From: Heterodontus francisci
Lineage: Eukaryota
NCBI RefSeq assembly: GCF_036365525.1
Contig: NW_027141363.1
Span: 186,001-250,000 of the forward strand
Reading direction: 5' to 3'
DNA: 64,000 nt
The first letter of the stretch is position 1; every line of letters starts with the position of its first letter. The position numbers were made by a program, and so were the translations under genes. The notes under the pieces are model-generated. The model saw only the letters and a list, made by a program, of their open reading frames with translations. It did not search any database and had not been told where the DNA came from. Positions 38,030-49,619 of the stretch are shown here, one piece after another.

Positions 38030-39980
38030 GCAATTTATAATACTGTCGCACCTTTAATGTAATAAAACCTGCCAAGGCTCTTCACAGGAGCATTATAAAC
38101 ACAGTATGAAACTGAGTGACATAAGGAAAGATTCGGTCAGACAATCAAAATCTCAGTCAAAGAGGTAAGTTTTAAGGAGAATTTTAAATTGAAAAGTGAG
38201 GTGGAGAGGCGGAGAGGTGTAGCGACGCAATTCCAGAGCTTAGGCCGCAGGCAACTGAAGGTGTGACCACCAATGGTTGAACAATTAAGGTCGGGGATGC
38301 TTAAAGGGCCAGAATTAGAGGAGTGCAGAGATTCCGGAAGGTTGTAGAGGCTGGAGGACGTTACAGCGATAGGGAGGGCTGTAGGTGCTGATGAAGGTTA
38401 CAGAGAGAGGGATGGCTGTCGGAGCTGGTGGATGTTACAGAGATAGGGAGGGTTGTAGGAGCTGGTGGAGGTTACAGAGATAGGGAGGGATGTAGGAGCT
38501 GGTGGAGGTTAAAGAGATAGGGAGTGCTGTTGGAGCTGGTGGAGGTTACAGAGATAGGGAGTGCTGTAGGAGCTGTTGGATATTACAGAGATAGGGAGGG
38601 TTGCAGAGACTGGTGGAGATTACAGAGATAGGGAGGGTTGTTGGAGATGGTGGAGGTTACAGAGATAGGGAGGGTTGTAGAGACTGGTGGAGGTTACAGA
38701 GATAGGGAGGGTTGTAGGAGCTGGAGGAGGTTAACGCGATAGGGAGTGTTGTAGAGACTGGTGGAGGTTACAGAGATAGGGAGAGCTGTACGAGCTGGTG
38801 GATGTTACAGAGATAGGGAGGGTTGTTGGAGCTGGAGGAGGTTAACGCGATAGGGAGGGTTGCAGAGACTGGTGGAGATTACAGAGATAGGGAGGGTTGT
38901 TGGAGATGGTGGAGGTTACAGAGATAGGGAGGGTTGTAGAGACTGGTGGAGGTTACAGAGATTTGGAGGGTTGTAGGAGCTGGAGGAGGTTAACGCGATA
39001 GGGAGTGTTGTAGAGACTGGTGGAGGTTACAGAGATAGGGAGAGCTGTACGAGCTGGTGGAGGTTACAGAGATAGGGAGGGTTGTAGAGACTGGTGGAGG
39101 TTACAGAGATAGGGAGAGTTGTAGAGACTGGTGGTGATTACAGAGATAAGGAGGATTGTTGGAGCTGGTGGAGGTTACAGAGATAGGGAGGGCTGTCGGA
39201 GCTGGAGGAGGTTAACGCGATTGGAAAGGTTGTAGAGACTGGTGGAGGCTACAGAGATAGGGAGGATTGTTGGAGCTGGTGGAGGTTACAGAGATTGGGA
39301 GGGCTGTTGGAGCTGGAGGAGGTTAACGCGATAGGGAGGGTTGTAGAGACTGGTGCAGGTTACAGAGATAGGGAGGGCTGTAGGAGCTGGTGGATGTTAC
39401 AGAGATAGGGAGGGCTGTAGGAGCTGAGGAGGTTAACGCAATAGGGAGGGTTGTAGAGACTGGTGCAGGTTACAGAGATAGGGAGGGCTGTAGAAGGTCA
39501 ACGCGATAGGGAGGGGAAGGGCCATGGGGGATTTGAGGACAAGGACAAGAAACTTAAAATGTGGATGTTGCTTGACTGGGAGACAATGTAGGGCAGTGAG
39601 AGCAGGAGTGACAGGGGATCAGGACTTGGAGCAACTTAAGACACAGGCAGAAGAGTTTTAGATGACCTCAGGTTTACAGAAATTGGGTGAGCATCAGGAC
39701 TGCCTTGACATTGTCAAGTCTAGAGCTGACAATGTCTTGAATGAGGGTTTCAGCCACATTTCAGCTGAAATTGGGGCGCGTTCGGGTGATCTTACAGAGG
39801 TGGAAATGTGCAGCGTTAGTGATGGTGCCTACATGAGGTCAGAAGCGCATCTCGGCATCAAATGTGGCACCAGGATTTCGAACAGACTGGCTTAAACTCA
39901 GACCGCTGCCGGGGAGAGAGGTAGAGTCAGTAGTTAAGGAATGGAGTTTGGAGCGGAAACTGAAAACAGTAGCTTCAGTT
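38030..39980 (-). mobile_element. L2-like LINE fragment split by a 37-bp tandem array
   Basis: LSQSVRNPGATFDAEMRF peptide at ~39840-39900; L2-like 3' sequence at 38030-38340. Confidence 0.65.
38340..39510 (+). repeat. 37-bp tandem repeat (ggttacagagatagggagggttgtagagactggtgga)n
   Basis: About 30 visible units. Confidence 0.95.
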
Positions 39981-39982
39981 AT

Positions 39983-41490
39983 GAGGGCAGTACTGAGGGA
40001 GTGCTGCACTGTCGTAGGGTCAGTACTGAGAGAGTGCTGTACTGTCAGAGGGTCAATACTGAGGGAGTGCTGCACTGTCAGAGGGTCTGTACTGAGGGAG
40101 TGCTGCACTGTTGGAAGGTCAGTACTGAGGGAGCGCTTCACTCACAGAGGGTCAGTACTGAGGGAGTGCGGCACTGTCGGAGGGTCAGTACTGAGTGAGT
40201 GCTGCACTGTGACAGGGCCAGTACTGAGGGAGTGCTGCACTGACAGAGGGTCAGTACTGAGTGAGTGCTGCACTGTCAGAGGGGAAAACTGAGGGAGTGC
40301 TGCACTGTCGGAGGGTCAGTACGGAGGGAGTGCTGCACTGTCCGAGGGTCAGTACTGAGTGAGTGCTGCACTGTCAGAGGGGCTAACTGAGGGAGTGCAG
40401 CACTGTGCGAGGGTCAGAACTGAGGGAGTGCTGCACTGTCAGAGGGACAAACTGAGGGAGTGCTGCACTGTTAGAGGGTCAGTACTGAGTGAGTGCTGTA
40501 CTGTCAGAGGGTCAGTACTGAGGGAGTGCTGCACTGTCAGTGGATCAGTACTGAGGGAGTGCTGCACTGTGAGAGGAGCAGTACTGAGTGAGTGCTGCAC
40601 TGTCAAGGGTCAGTACTGAGTGAGTGCTGTACTGTCAGAGGGTCAGTACTGAGGGAGTGCTGCACTGTTATTGGGGCAGTACTGAGTGAGTGCTGCACTG
40701 TCAGAGGGTCAGTACTGAGGGAGTGCTGCCCTGTCAGAGGAGCAGTACTGAGTTAATGCTGCACTGTCAGAGGGTCAGTACTGAGTGAGTGCTGTACTGT
40801 CAGAGGGTCAGTACTGAGGGAGTGCTGCACTGTGAGAGGAGCAGTACTGAGTGAGTGCTGCACTGTCAAGGGTCAGTACTGAGGGAGTGCTGCCCTGTCA
40901 GAGGAGCAGTACTGAGTGAGTGCTGCACTGTCAGAGGGTCAGTACTGAGGGAGTGCTGCACTGTGAGAGGGTCAGTACTGAGTGAGTGCTGCACTGTTAT
41001 TGGGTCAGTACTGAGTGAGTGCTGCATTGTCTAGGGTCAGTACTGAGTGAGTGCTGCACTGTCAAGGGTCAGTAGTGAGTGAGTGCTGCACTGTTATTGG
41101 GTCAGTACTGAGTGAGTGCTGCACTGTCAAGGGTCAGTACTGAGGGAGTGCTGCACTGTCAGAGGGTCAGTACTGAGGGAGTGCTGCACTGTCAGTGGAT
41201 CAGTACTGAGGGAGTGCTGCACTGTTATTGGGGCAGTACTGAGTGAGTGCTGCACAGTCAGAGGGTCAGTACTGAGGGAGTGCTGCCCTGTTAGAGGAGC
41301 AGTACTGAGTGAGTGCTGCACTGTCAGAGGGGCAGTACTGATTGAGTGCTGCACTGTCAGAGCGGCAGTACTGAGGGAGTGCTGCCCTGTCAGAGGAGCA
41401 GTACTGAGGGAGTGCTGCACTGTCAGAGGGGCAGTACTGAGTGAGTGCTGCACTGTCAGAGCGGCAGTACTGAGTGAGTGTTGCACTGTC
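39983..41490 (+). repeat. 33-bp tandem repeat (gtactgagggagtgctgcactgtcagagggtca)n
   Basis: About 45 units; translates as the VLRECCTVRGS pseudo-repeat. Confidence 0.95.
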
Positions 41491-42170
41491 AGGAGCCCTC
41501 TTTCAGATGTGACGTTAAACAGAGACTCCATCCTGCACAGTGGCGCAGTGGTTAGCACCGCAGCCTCACAGCTCCAGGGACCCGGGTTCGATTCCGGGTA
41601 CTGCCTGTGTGGAGTTTGCAAGTTCTCCCTGTGTCTGCGTGGGTTTTCTCCGGGTGCTCCGGTTTCCTCCCACAAGCCAAAAGACTTGCAGGTTGATAGG
41701 TAAATTGGCCATTATAAATTGTCACTAGTATAGGTAGGTGGTAGGGAAATATAGGGATAGGTGGGGATGTTTGTTGGGAATATGGGATTAGTGCAGGATG
41801 AGTTTAAAATGGGCGGTTGATGTTCGGCACAGACTCGGTGGGCCGAAGGGCCTGTTTCAGTGCTGTATATCTAATATAAATAATATAAAAAAATCCTCTT
41901 ACTCCCGTGGATATAAACAGTCCCATTGGACTATTTTGAATAACAGCAGGGGAGTTCTCCTTGGTGTCCTGGCCAATAATTATCCCTCAATTAACGTCAC
42001 TAAAACAGATTACCTGGTCATTCTCACATTGCTGTTTGTGGGAGCTTGCTGTGGACAAATCAGCTGCCATGATTCTTACATTACAACAGTGACTGCACTG
42101 CAGCAAAACAAGCATTTCATTGGCTGTGACGCACTTTGGCAGGTGGTCGTGAGGGACGATATAAAATAGC
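41490..42170 (+). mobile_element. Deu-domain SINE (SacSINE1-like) remnant interrupted by the HE1-like SINE
   Basis: Deu-domain-like motifs tctttcagatgtgacgttaaac, gcaggggagttctccttggtgtcctggccaat, cattgctgtttgtgggagcttgctgtg. Confidence 0.7.
41535..41885 (+). mobile_element. HE1-like tRNA-derived V-SINE
   Basis: A box tggcgcagtgg, B box ggttcgattcc, V-domain-like tgtgtggagtttgc...tctgcgtgggtttt, CR1-like tail gggccgaagggcctgtt. Confidence 0.85.
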
Positions 42171-42521
42171 CTGTCAATAACTCCCTCTTTCTATTTGATA
42201 TTGAAAGTCCAAGTGAATCGCTGTTTCACCTGGAAGGAGAGTTTGGGGTCCTGGACGGTTGCTGACATATTGAAGCAATTTATCATGAGAATGATCTGTC
42301 TGGGACACTCAGTGTCCATTTATGATCTAATATAAACAGCCTATTGCTCAATACTGACACATTACTGATATGGGAGGTATTTATCCTGTGAATATTTTCT
42401 GTCGGATACTCAGTGTCCATTAATCTGAGAGGATACAGAGCACATTGCCCCAATATGACCCAGTACTGATGTCGTGCTTGTCAGATGAGTCTCACAGACT
42501 GAGGACAATGGACTGTTTCGA

Positions 42522-42727
42522 TCAGAGGCACAGAGAGGATCTCCCGAAAAGGCACCGGTACATATTCAGGGACATAGGCAAACAAGAGTGAAGACAGCCA
42601 GAGAGAGAGAGAGAGAGGGAGAGAGCTGTGAGAGTCGCTGTGTAACCAGGAAACGTGACATTGTGAAGCCTCTGCCCAGCTATCAATGGACCAGAGACTG
42701 ACTGCTGGTCACACCCTAACATTGGGA
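42522..42727 (-). pseudogene. Degenerate connecting-peptide/transmembrane-like exon, copy B
   Basis: VPMLGCDQQSVSGPLIAGQRLHNVTFPGYTATLTAL, then a (tc)n expansion shifts the frame; the continuation reads WLSSLLFAYV as in copy A. Confidence 0.35.
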
Positions 42728-43039
42728 CAGTGATGGGACTGCGATGGGCTCTGTATTTAAATGTCAAGTCAAACATTGCCAAGGGTGTATTTCTCGAAGC
42801 ATTAGTCTGTATATCTGAGGGAGTTATTGACAGGCTATTGTCAAATACTGACCCATTACTGATATGGCTGGGATTAATATCAGAGCCATAGCAAGGGGCT
42901 GATGGATTCAAACATGGAATTCTGGGAAAGATGGGCACAGCTTGTTCCAGGATTTCGGAGAGGAAAGGGATGTTGGAGATGGGACAGTATTTTGTAAGGA
43001 CAGAGGAGTCAAGGGTTGCTTCTTTTGAAGGAGGCATCG

Positions 43040-44750
43040 AGCCATTTACGGCACTGAAGAAGGCCATTCGGACCATCGAGTTCATGCTGGCTGTCCACGG
43101 TGCTGTGAAGTAAGTCCACTCCCCAAGCTCGATCCCTGTAGCCCTGCAAGTCTATTTCTCTCAGGTGGAAATCCAACTTCCTCTTGAAGTCATTGATCAT
43201 CTTCGCTTTCACCACCCTGTGGGCAGCGAGTCCCAGGTCATTAACACCCGCAGTGCCAAAAAAGTTCTTCCTCATATTCCCCTGCATCTCTAACCCAAAC
43301 CTACAACCTCCCTATTGTACCATTAGTTAATGGGAACCGTTTTTTCTTGTCTGAGTTATCTAAGTCTGTCATAATCTTGTACATTTCTGTCAAACCACCT
43401 TTGTTCTAAGGAGAACAAACCCAGTTTTTCCAACCTAACCTTGCAACTAAAGTCCCCCATCACTGGAGCCATTCTGGTAAACCTTCTCTGCACCCTCTCA
43501 AGGACCCTCATATCTTTCCTGAAGTGTGGTGATCAGAACTGGACACAACTCTCCATTTGGGGCCGAACCAGAGCTTTATAAGGTTCACAATGGCTTCACT
43601 GCTTTTGTGCCCTATGTCTTTATTTATGAAGCCCAAGATCCCACCTGCTTTCCTAACCACTCTCTCACGATGTCCTGCCACCTTCAAAGATGTGTGCACA
43701 TACACCCCCAGGTCCCTCTGTCCCTGCACAATCTTTACAACTGTGCCATTAAGTATATATTGCATCTCCCTATTCCTTCTGCTAAAATGCATCACCTCAC
43801 ACTTGTCAGTATGAAATTCCATTGACCACCTCTCTGTCCATTCTGCTAGCCTATCTATGCCCTGATCCAGGCAGTTCATATCATCCACACTGTTTGCCGC
43901 ACCTCCAAGTTTGGTGTGGAGAGCAAAGTTTGAGATTCTGCTCTGTATTTCAAGATCCAAGTCATTTATATATAGCAGAAAAAGCAGTGGTCCCAGCACT
44001 GACCCATGGGGGAACACCACTGACTACCATCCCTCAGTCTAAAAAGCAACCATTTACTACGATTCGCTGTTTCCTGTCCTGACGGCACTTTTTCACCCAA
44101 TTGAACACTGACCCTCTCATCCATGAGCCTCAGTTGTGTTAACCAGCCTTTTATGTGGTACCTTGTCAAGCGCTTTCTTAAAATCCACATATACAACATC
44201 CACCACATTCACTCCATTGACCTTCTCTGTCGCTTCATCAAAGAATTCAATTAGATTAGTCAATAATGTCCTGCCTTTTGAAAATCCATGCTGGCTATCC
44301 TTAATTAAACTCGAACCTCTCTAACCGTCTATTGATTTTTCTCTGATTATTGTTTCTAGAACCTTACCCATAACTGATGTTAAACTAAGTGGCCTGTCGT
44401 TGCTCGGACTGTCCTTACACCCTTTCTTGAATATGGGTTTGCCACTCTGTCATCCTCTGGCACCTCCCCCATAACCAGGGAAGATTTGAAGATTACGGCA
44501 AGCCCTTCTTCTATCTCTACCCCCCACTTCCTTTCGCAAACTGGGATACAAGTTATCTGAACCAGGTGACTTATCCACCCAAAGCATAGCCAGCCCTTTT
44601 AGTACCAGCTCTCAATTGTTATCCTATCCATTGCCTCTACTCGCTCTGCTTCTACAGATAATTTTCAGCCTCCAGTTCCTTCGGGAACACTGATACAAAG
44701 TTCTCATTAAGTATATTAGCTTTGCCCTGTGCCTCAAAGCACATATTACT
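43040..44750 (-). mobile_element. CR1 LINE fragment
   Basis: Peptides PHGSVLGPLLFLLYINDL and CEVMHFSR. Confidence 0.85.
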
Positions 44751-44989
44751 CTCTCCGTCCTTACTTGACCCCTCTTTACCTCTTACTACTCACTTACTAT
44801 TTACGTGCTGGTAGTAGATCTTTGAGCCCCTTTTATGAATCTCCCTCTCCGCTTTCCACATTGAGGCTCAAATGGGCTTTGTTTGCAACGATTACATCAT
44901 CCAGGTCTGATCAGATACTCGGAGCTTTTGTGAACGAATTCCCATCAACCTCAACAAGTTGTACTATTTCCCCATTTGTCAGTGTTTTA

Positions 44990-45405
44990 CCCCCTTCTGA
45001 TGTTGTTCAATTTGTTAATGCTTTTCCCCTGCTGAAGTTGTTGCTGTATTTATTGTCTTTTTTTCACTGAAGTTGTTGTTGAACTTGTTGGTGTCTTTCC
45101 CCAGCTGAAGTTGCTGCTGCATTGCTTGATGTACTTCCCTAAAGTTGTTGGTGAAGTTGTAGGTGTTTCCCCTGCTGACGTTGTGAGAATATTAGTTGTT
45201 TTCTTTACTCCCCCCTTCCCCTAAAGTTGCAGGATTTGTTGGTGATTGCTTCCTGAAGTTGTTGTTGAATTTGTTGGTGTAATTTTCCTGTTGAAGTTGT
45301 TGTGATGTTTGTTTTTAATTCTCCTGAAGAAGTTGTTGAATTTGTTGGTGTCTTTCTGCTCCTGAAGTTGTTGTATTTGTTGTTCTTTTTCCCCCTCCTG
45401 AAGTT
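44990..45405 (-). repeat. CAA-rich degenerate tandem repeat (TTG orientation)
   Basis: gaagttgttgttgaatttgttggtg units; same family as 50330-51350. Confidence 0.8.
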
Positions 45406-46073
45406 ATAGAACATAGAAAAATACAGCACAGAACAGGCCCTTCGGCCCACGATGTTGTGCCGATCCTTTGTCCTCTGTCAAGGACAATGTAATCTATACC
45501 CCATCATTCTCCTTTATCCATATACCTATCTAAAAGCCGTTTGAAAGTCCCTAAAGTTTCTGACTCAACAACTTCCCCAGGCAAGGCATTCCATGCCCCG
45601 ACCACTCCCTGGGTAAAGAACCTTCCCCTGACATCCCCCTTATATCTCCCACCCTTCACCTTAAATTTATGACCCCTTGTAACGCTTTGCTCCACCCGGG
45701 GAAAAAGTTTCTGACTGTCTACCCTATATATTCCCCTGATCATCTTATAAACCTCTATCATGTCACCCCTCATCCTTCTCCGTTCTAATGAGAAGAGGCC
45801 TAGAATGTTCAGCCTTTCCTCGTAAGACTTATTCTCCATTCCAGGCAACATCCTGGTAAATCTCCTCTGCACCCTCTCCAAGGCTTCCACATCCTTCCTA
45901 AAATGAGGCGACCAGAACTGCACACAGTACTCCAAATGAGGCCTTACCAAGGTCCTGTACAGCTGCATCATCACCTCACGGCTCTTAAATTCAATCCCTC
46001 TGCTAATGAACGCTAACACCCCATATGCCTTCTTCACAGCCCTATCCACTTGAGTTGCAACTTTCAACGATCT
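45406..46073 (-). mobile_element. Young CR1 LINE 3' end
   Basis: Uninterrupted 187-aa ORF 45504-46067 (LYRTLVRPHLEYCVQFWSP); (tagaa)-type tail. Confidence 0.9.
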
Positions 46074-46119
46074 AGTTGTTGTTGAATTCCCCTGTTCCTC
46101 CTGAACATGTTACACTCAC

Positions 46120-46282
46120 CACCCCTCATGACTCAGCTTACACTATAAGTGTATCCCTGAGTGAAATCTCTCTAATGTGCAGGTAATATCTGCTTCCAGC
46201 GTCTCCCTGGGACCCTGTTCCACAGAGCGACCTCCTGCTCATTGAAATAACCTTTCTGCAGGTTCGTTTCCAGGTCAAATAA
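46120..46282 (-). pseudogene. Degenerate Ig-superfamily (C1-like) exon remnant
   Basis: Reads YLTWKR...SRYYLHIREISLRDT then, frameshifted, CKLSHEG followed by |gtgagt. The 5' part is lost at a CR1 insertion. Confidence 0.35.
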
Positions 46283-46299
46283 TTAAAAAATTAAGTAAC

Positions 46300-46910
46300 T
46301 ATTACAACAAAGAGTATTGTCCCTTTTCCCTCAAGGGGGCTGGAATAGAAAGCGCTGGATGTTGTGTTACTGTTGTATGCAGCTCGGATTAGTCCCCTTC
46401 TGGAGAAACCATCTTCAGTTCTGTGCATCAAAACTCAAGAAGGATGTCTCAGCCTTGGAGGTAATGACACCAGGTCTAAAAGGGTTAAATTAGCTTCACA
46501 GTTTGCATGGCCTAATGTCATATTCTCTTAAGTATAGGAGATTAAAGGGTGATCTCATTGAAATATTTAGGACGATTAAAGGATTCGATGGTGTTAATGG
46601 ACAGAAACAATTTCCTCTGCTGGGGGAGTCCAGGGCAAGGTGGGGTGGGGCTGTTCAGGAGTGATGTCAGGAAACGCTGGTTCACACAGCAGGTAGTGGA
46701 AATCTGGAACTCTCTCCCTCAAAAAGCTCTACAGATGGGGGTGTGAGGGGGGTTAATCAGACATTACAAAGCAGAGCTTGCTAGATTGATGTTAGGTGAG
46801 GGTATTAAATGATATGGAACCCAGATGGGCAAATGGTAATAAGTTGTAGATGATCCATGATCTCCCTGAATGGCGGAGCGAGCTCGAACGGGGCGAATGG
46901 CCCACTCCTG
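46300..46910 (+). mobile_element. Degenerate CR1 3' fragment
   Basis: FTQQVVEIWNSLP peptide and CR1 3' end. Confidence 0.7.
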
Positions 46911-47030
46911 TTGCCAGGATTTCTCATTTTCCTCTGTCAGGCCTTGAGTGAGCTGGATTATCCAGGGTGGAAGCACTGACCAGAATAGAATGGAGCAGCA
47001 CGAGGTTTGGGGAATGCTGGGCAGACCCAC

Positions 47031-47108
47031 CATGCACAGTCACATCCCTTCTGATCCCAGCCCTCAGCAATCATTTAACAGTGAGTGTTCCCTCCCAGAA
47101 CAAAAACA
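47031..47108 (-). pseudogene. Degenerate J-like segment with broken 12-RSS
   Basis: Nonamer acaaaaaca (47100-47108), 16-bp spacer containing a ggga duplication (12 bp if collapsed), heptamer aacagtg (47077-47083); coding LLRAGIRRDVTVH with a phase-1 |gtgggt donor. Confidence 0.4.
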
Positions 47109-48573
47109 CTGGATTTCCATGATCATATGGGAAAGCCATTCCAGCAAAATCAATAAACTTCTTGAGACGGTCATGGTCAGCGTTCATAGATGTATTGAGC
47201 AGACAGAGAATGCAATAAAACTTTAAACACACAGTTTACAATCAGATTTACAATCACACTGGATGGTCAGGGAGTCAAACACGTTAAAAGGCCTTTCCAA
47301 ACTGCAGCTCTCCTTGTCTGAATGTCCATCAATGGACGATACCCAGCCATGTTCACTTATTGCAGACGTTTGACATCGTTACACTAGAGAGTTGTGACCA
47401 ATGAGTCATTTCACAACAGTTCAACTGACTGATCTGGGTGGAGATGTAAACATGTGCTTTTCACTTCCTCAGGAATACAATTCCGTGTCAGGAGAATCTC
47501 ATCGGGCTCGCTGCTGATCAGTAACGTCAATTAATAAAGCTGGTCCCCTTACTTTTTCCGTTACACCAACAACAACTTACATTTAAATAGCACACTTAAT
47601 GCAGCAAAATGTCCCAAGGTGCTTAGCAGCAGTGATACCAATAAGAACATTTCTGACGTTTTTGGAAATCGAGCCACAGAACGATATTTCGGGCGAGATA
47701 ACCAGAGGCTTGATCAAAGAGAGAGTTTTTAACGGAGCATTTTAAAAGAGGAGAGAGGGAGGTCGAGAGGTGGAGAGGGTTAGTGAGATAATTCAGGATC
47801 TTAATACCAAGTCAGCTTAAAGCATGACCGCCAATGGTGGAGTGTTAAAATCGGGGATACACAAGAGGCCAGGAATTGGATGAACACAGAAGATGTCAAT
47901 GTCTTGTGGGGCTGGAGGAGGCAACAGAGATAGGGAGGGGTGAGGCCATGGAGGGATTTGAGAACAAGTCTGAGGAAGTTAATATTGGGAAATTGGAGAG
48001 GAGCAGGGAGTCATTGGATGTGGGTGTCACTGGCTAGGCTAGGCCAGCATGTATTATTTTTCGTTAATTGACCTCTGAGAAGGTGGTGGTGAGCTGCCTT
48101 CTTGAACCGCTGCAGTCCATGTGGGGTATGTACACCCACAGTGCTGTTAGGAAGGGAGTTCCAGGATTTTGACCCAGCGACAGTGAAGAAACGGCCGATA
48201 TAGTTTCAAGTCAGGATGGTGTGTGGCTTGGAGGGGAACTTGCAGGCAGTGGTTTCCCCATGCGTCTGCTGCCCTTATCCTTCTAGTTGGTAGAGTTCGT
48301 GGGTTTGGAAGGTGCTGTCAAAGGAACCTTGGTGCATTACTGCTGTACATCTTGTAGCTGGTACACACTGCTGCCAATGTGCGTCGGTGGTGGAGGGAGT
48401 AAATATTTAAGGTGGTGCTTGTTTGGTTTGATTATCCCAGCTGCTGTGGTGGGATTTGAGCTCCAGTGCTCTGCATCATTCGGTCGAAGCCTCTGGATTA
48501 CTAGTCCCAGTAACATAACAGCTATGCTACCGTACCCCCAGAGACTGGGGTAAGATGTATTACACAATTCCCA

Positions 48574-48612
48574 AGTTTTTGCCCTGTTTCCTTCCATTCT
48601 AGTTACACTGTG
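48574..48612 (-). other. 23-RSS (cacagtg / 23 bp / gcaaaaact)
   Basis: Heptamer 48606-48612, spacer 48583-48605, nonamer 48574-48582. Confidence 0.85.
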
Positions 48613-48912
48613 TGTATCCTTGTGAGCCCTGCAGTAGTAAGCGCTGTTGTCTTGGACCCAGGAGCTTTTCAACGACAGAGGGAAAGTGTTGGCCTGAGTC
48701 TCGTGCTGGGTTTCAATCCATTTCCTGTTGTTAGATGCAGAAAGTGCACTCCATCTGATCCATCCCAGGCAGTCACCAATCTGCAAGTACCAGTCCAAAC
48801 AACACTCAGTCATGTTGCCCTGCCCAATTCTGCTGTGGAACGTGGTTTCCTCCCCAGGAAGCAGGGCGTTGGCCGCCGGGGACTGGAGAACCATCTAACA
48901 TCTGACAAGATT
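48613..48912 (-). pseudogene. Antigen-receptor V pseudogene, not clearly TRBV-like
   Basis: VLQSP...ETTFHS (first Cys lost)...WYLQ...LGWI...NTFPLSLKSSWVQDNSAYYC directly followed by the 23-RSS; acceptor degenerate. Confidence 0.75.
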
Positions 48913-49574
48913 CTTCATACAGGATGGCAGATCAATGGGGAGAGAACGATAGAGGGTTACAGGGAGGGACAGAGGCAAAAGCAGAGGAGACAAATTATTT
49001 TCCTCCAGTCACGCTGCTACCTTCACGCTTATATTTGCTCCATAGGTTAAGCCCAATTATAAATCAGATTTTTGACAGTGGTAAAACTATAAAAGCGCCA
49101 AACTCGGAAGGATGAATGCAAACCAGCTCAGTCTGCATCTGAGCAAAAGGAAAATAGGTAATGTTTAACGATGATACTCTGTTAAAATAATCCTAACTGC
49201 TGTTCGGATCAAGCAGCAGTGAATTATTTCAGTTTGGTTGACGAGGTGATTACATATAACAATGCATAAAGTAACTATTACGAACATTAATTTCATCAAC
49301 AATGGTACCAAATGGGGACAGTGGTGTTTCCTGTCTTAAAGGTGGAAAGCAGGAATATGGAAAGGGAAGGAATTGTGACCAGTATCTCCGAATAACACTT
49401 CAGTATCTTCTGTCAGCAGATCTTTAACTACTTTGAGATTCTTTTCAGAGGAGGAGGCTCGTTGTAAGCAGTGTGATCAAACCGCCCCTGCTGCTGTGGA
49501 AACTGCAGACAGGGCGAGTAATCACTGTCTCTGGCGTTGTATTCCTTACGGAGCACCCTCTGACCAGATCATAC

Positions 49575-49619
49575 CAACAAAAGCTTAGCAGGGATCAGCG
49601 CCGTACAGGCAGAGGCCAT
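49575..49619 (-). pseudogene. Probable degenerate leader exon of the 48.6-48.9 kb V
   Basis: gggATGg start, MASACTALI(L/P)... hydrophobic peptide, |gtatga donor, ~660 bp upstream of the V; preceded by a strong acceptor at 49631. Confidence 0.4.

Noticed and set aside
38340-41490. CRISPR-like regular arrays
   Set aside because: No unique spacers, eukaryotic context, no cas genes.
41535-41600. tRNA-like sequence with A and B boxes
   Set aside because: It is the head of an HE1-like SINE, not a tRNA gene.
39864-41703. Cys-rich VLRECCTVRGS repeat ORFs resembling metallothionein or keratin-associated proteins
   Set aside because: Translation of a SINE-derived 33-bp tandem repeat.
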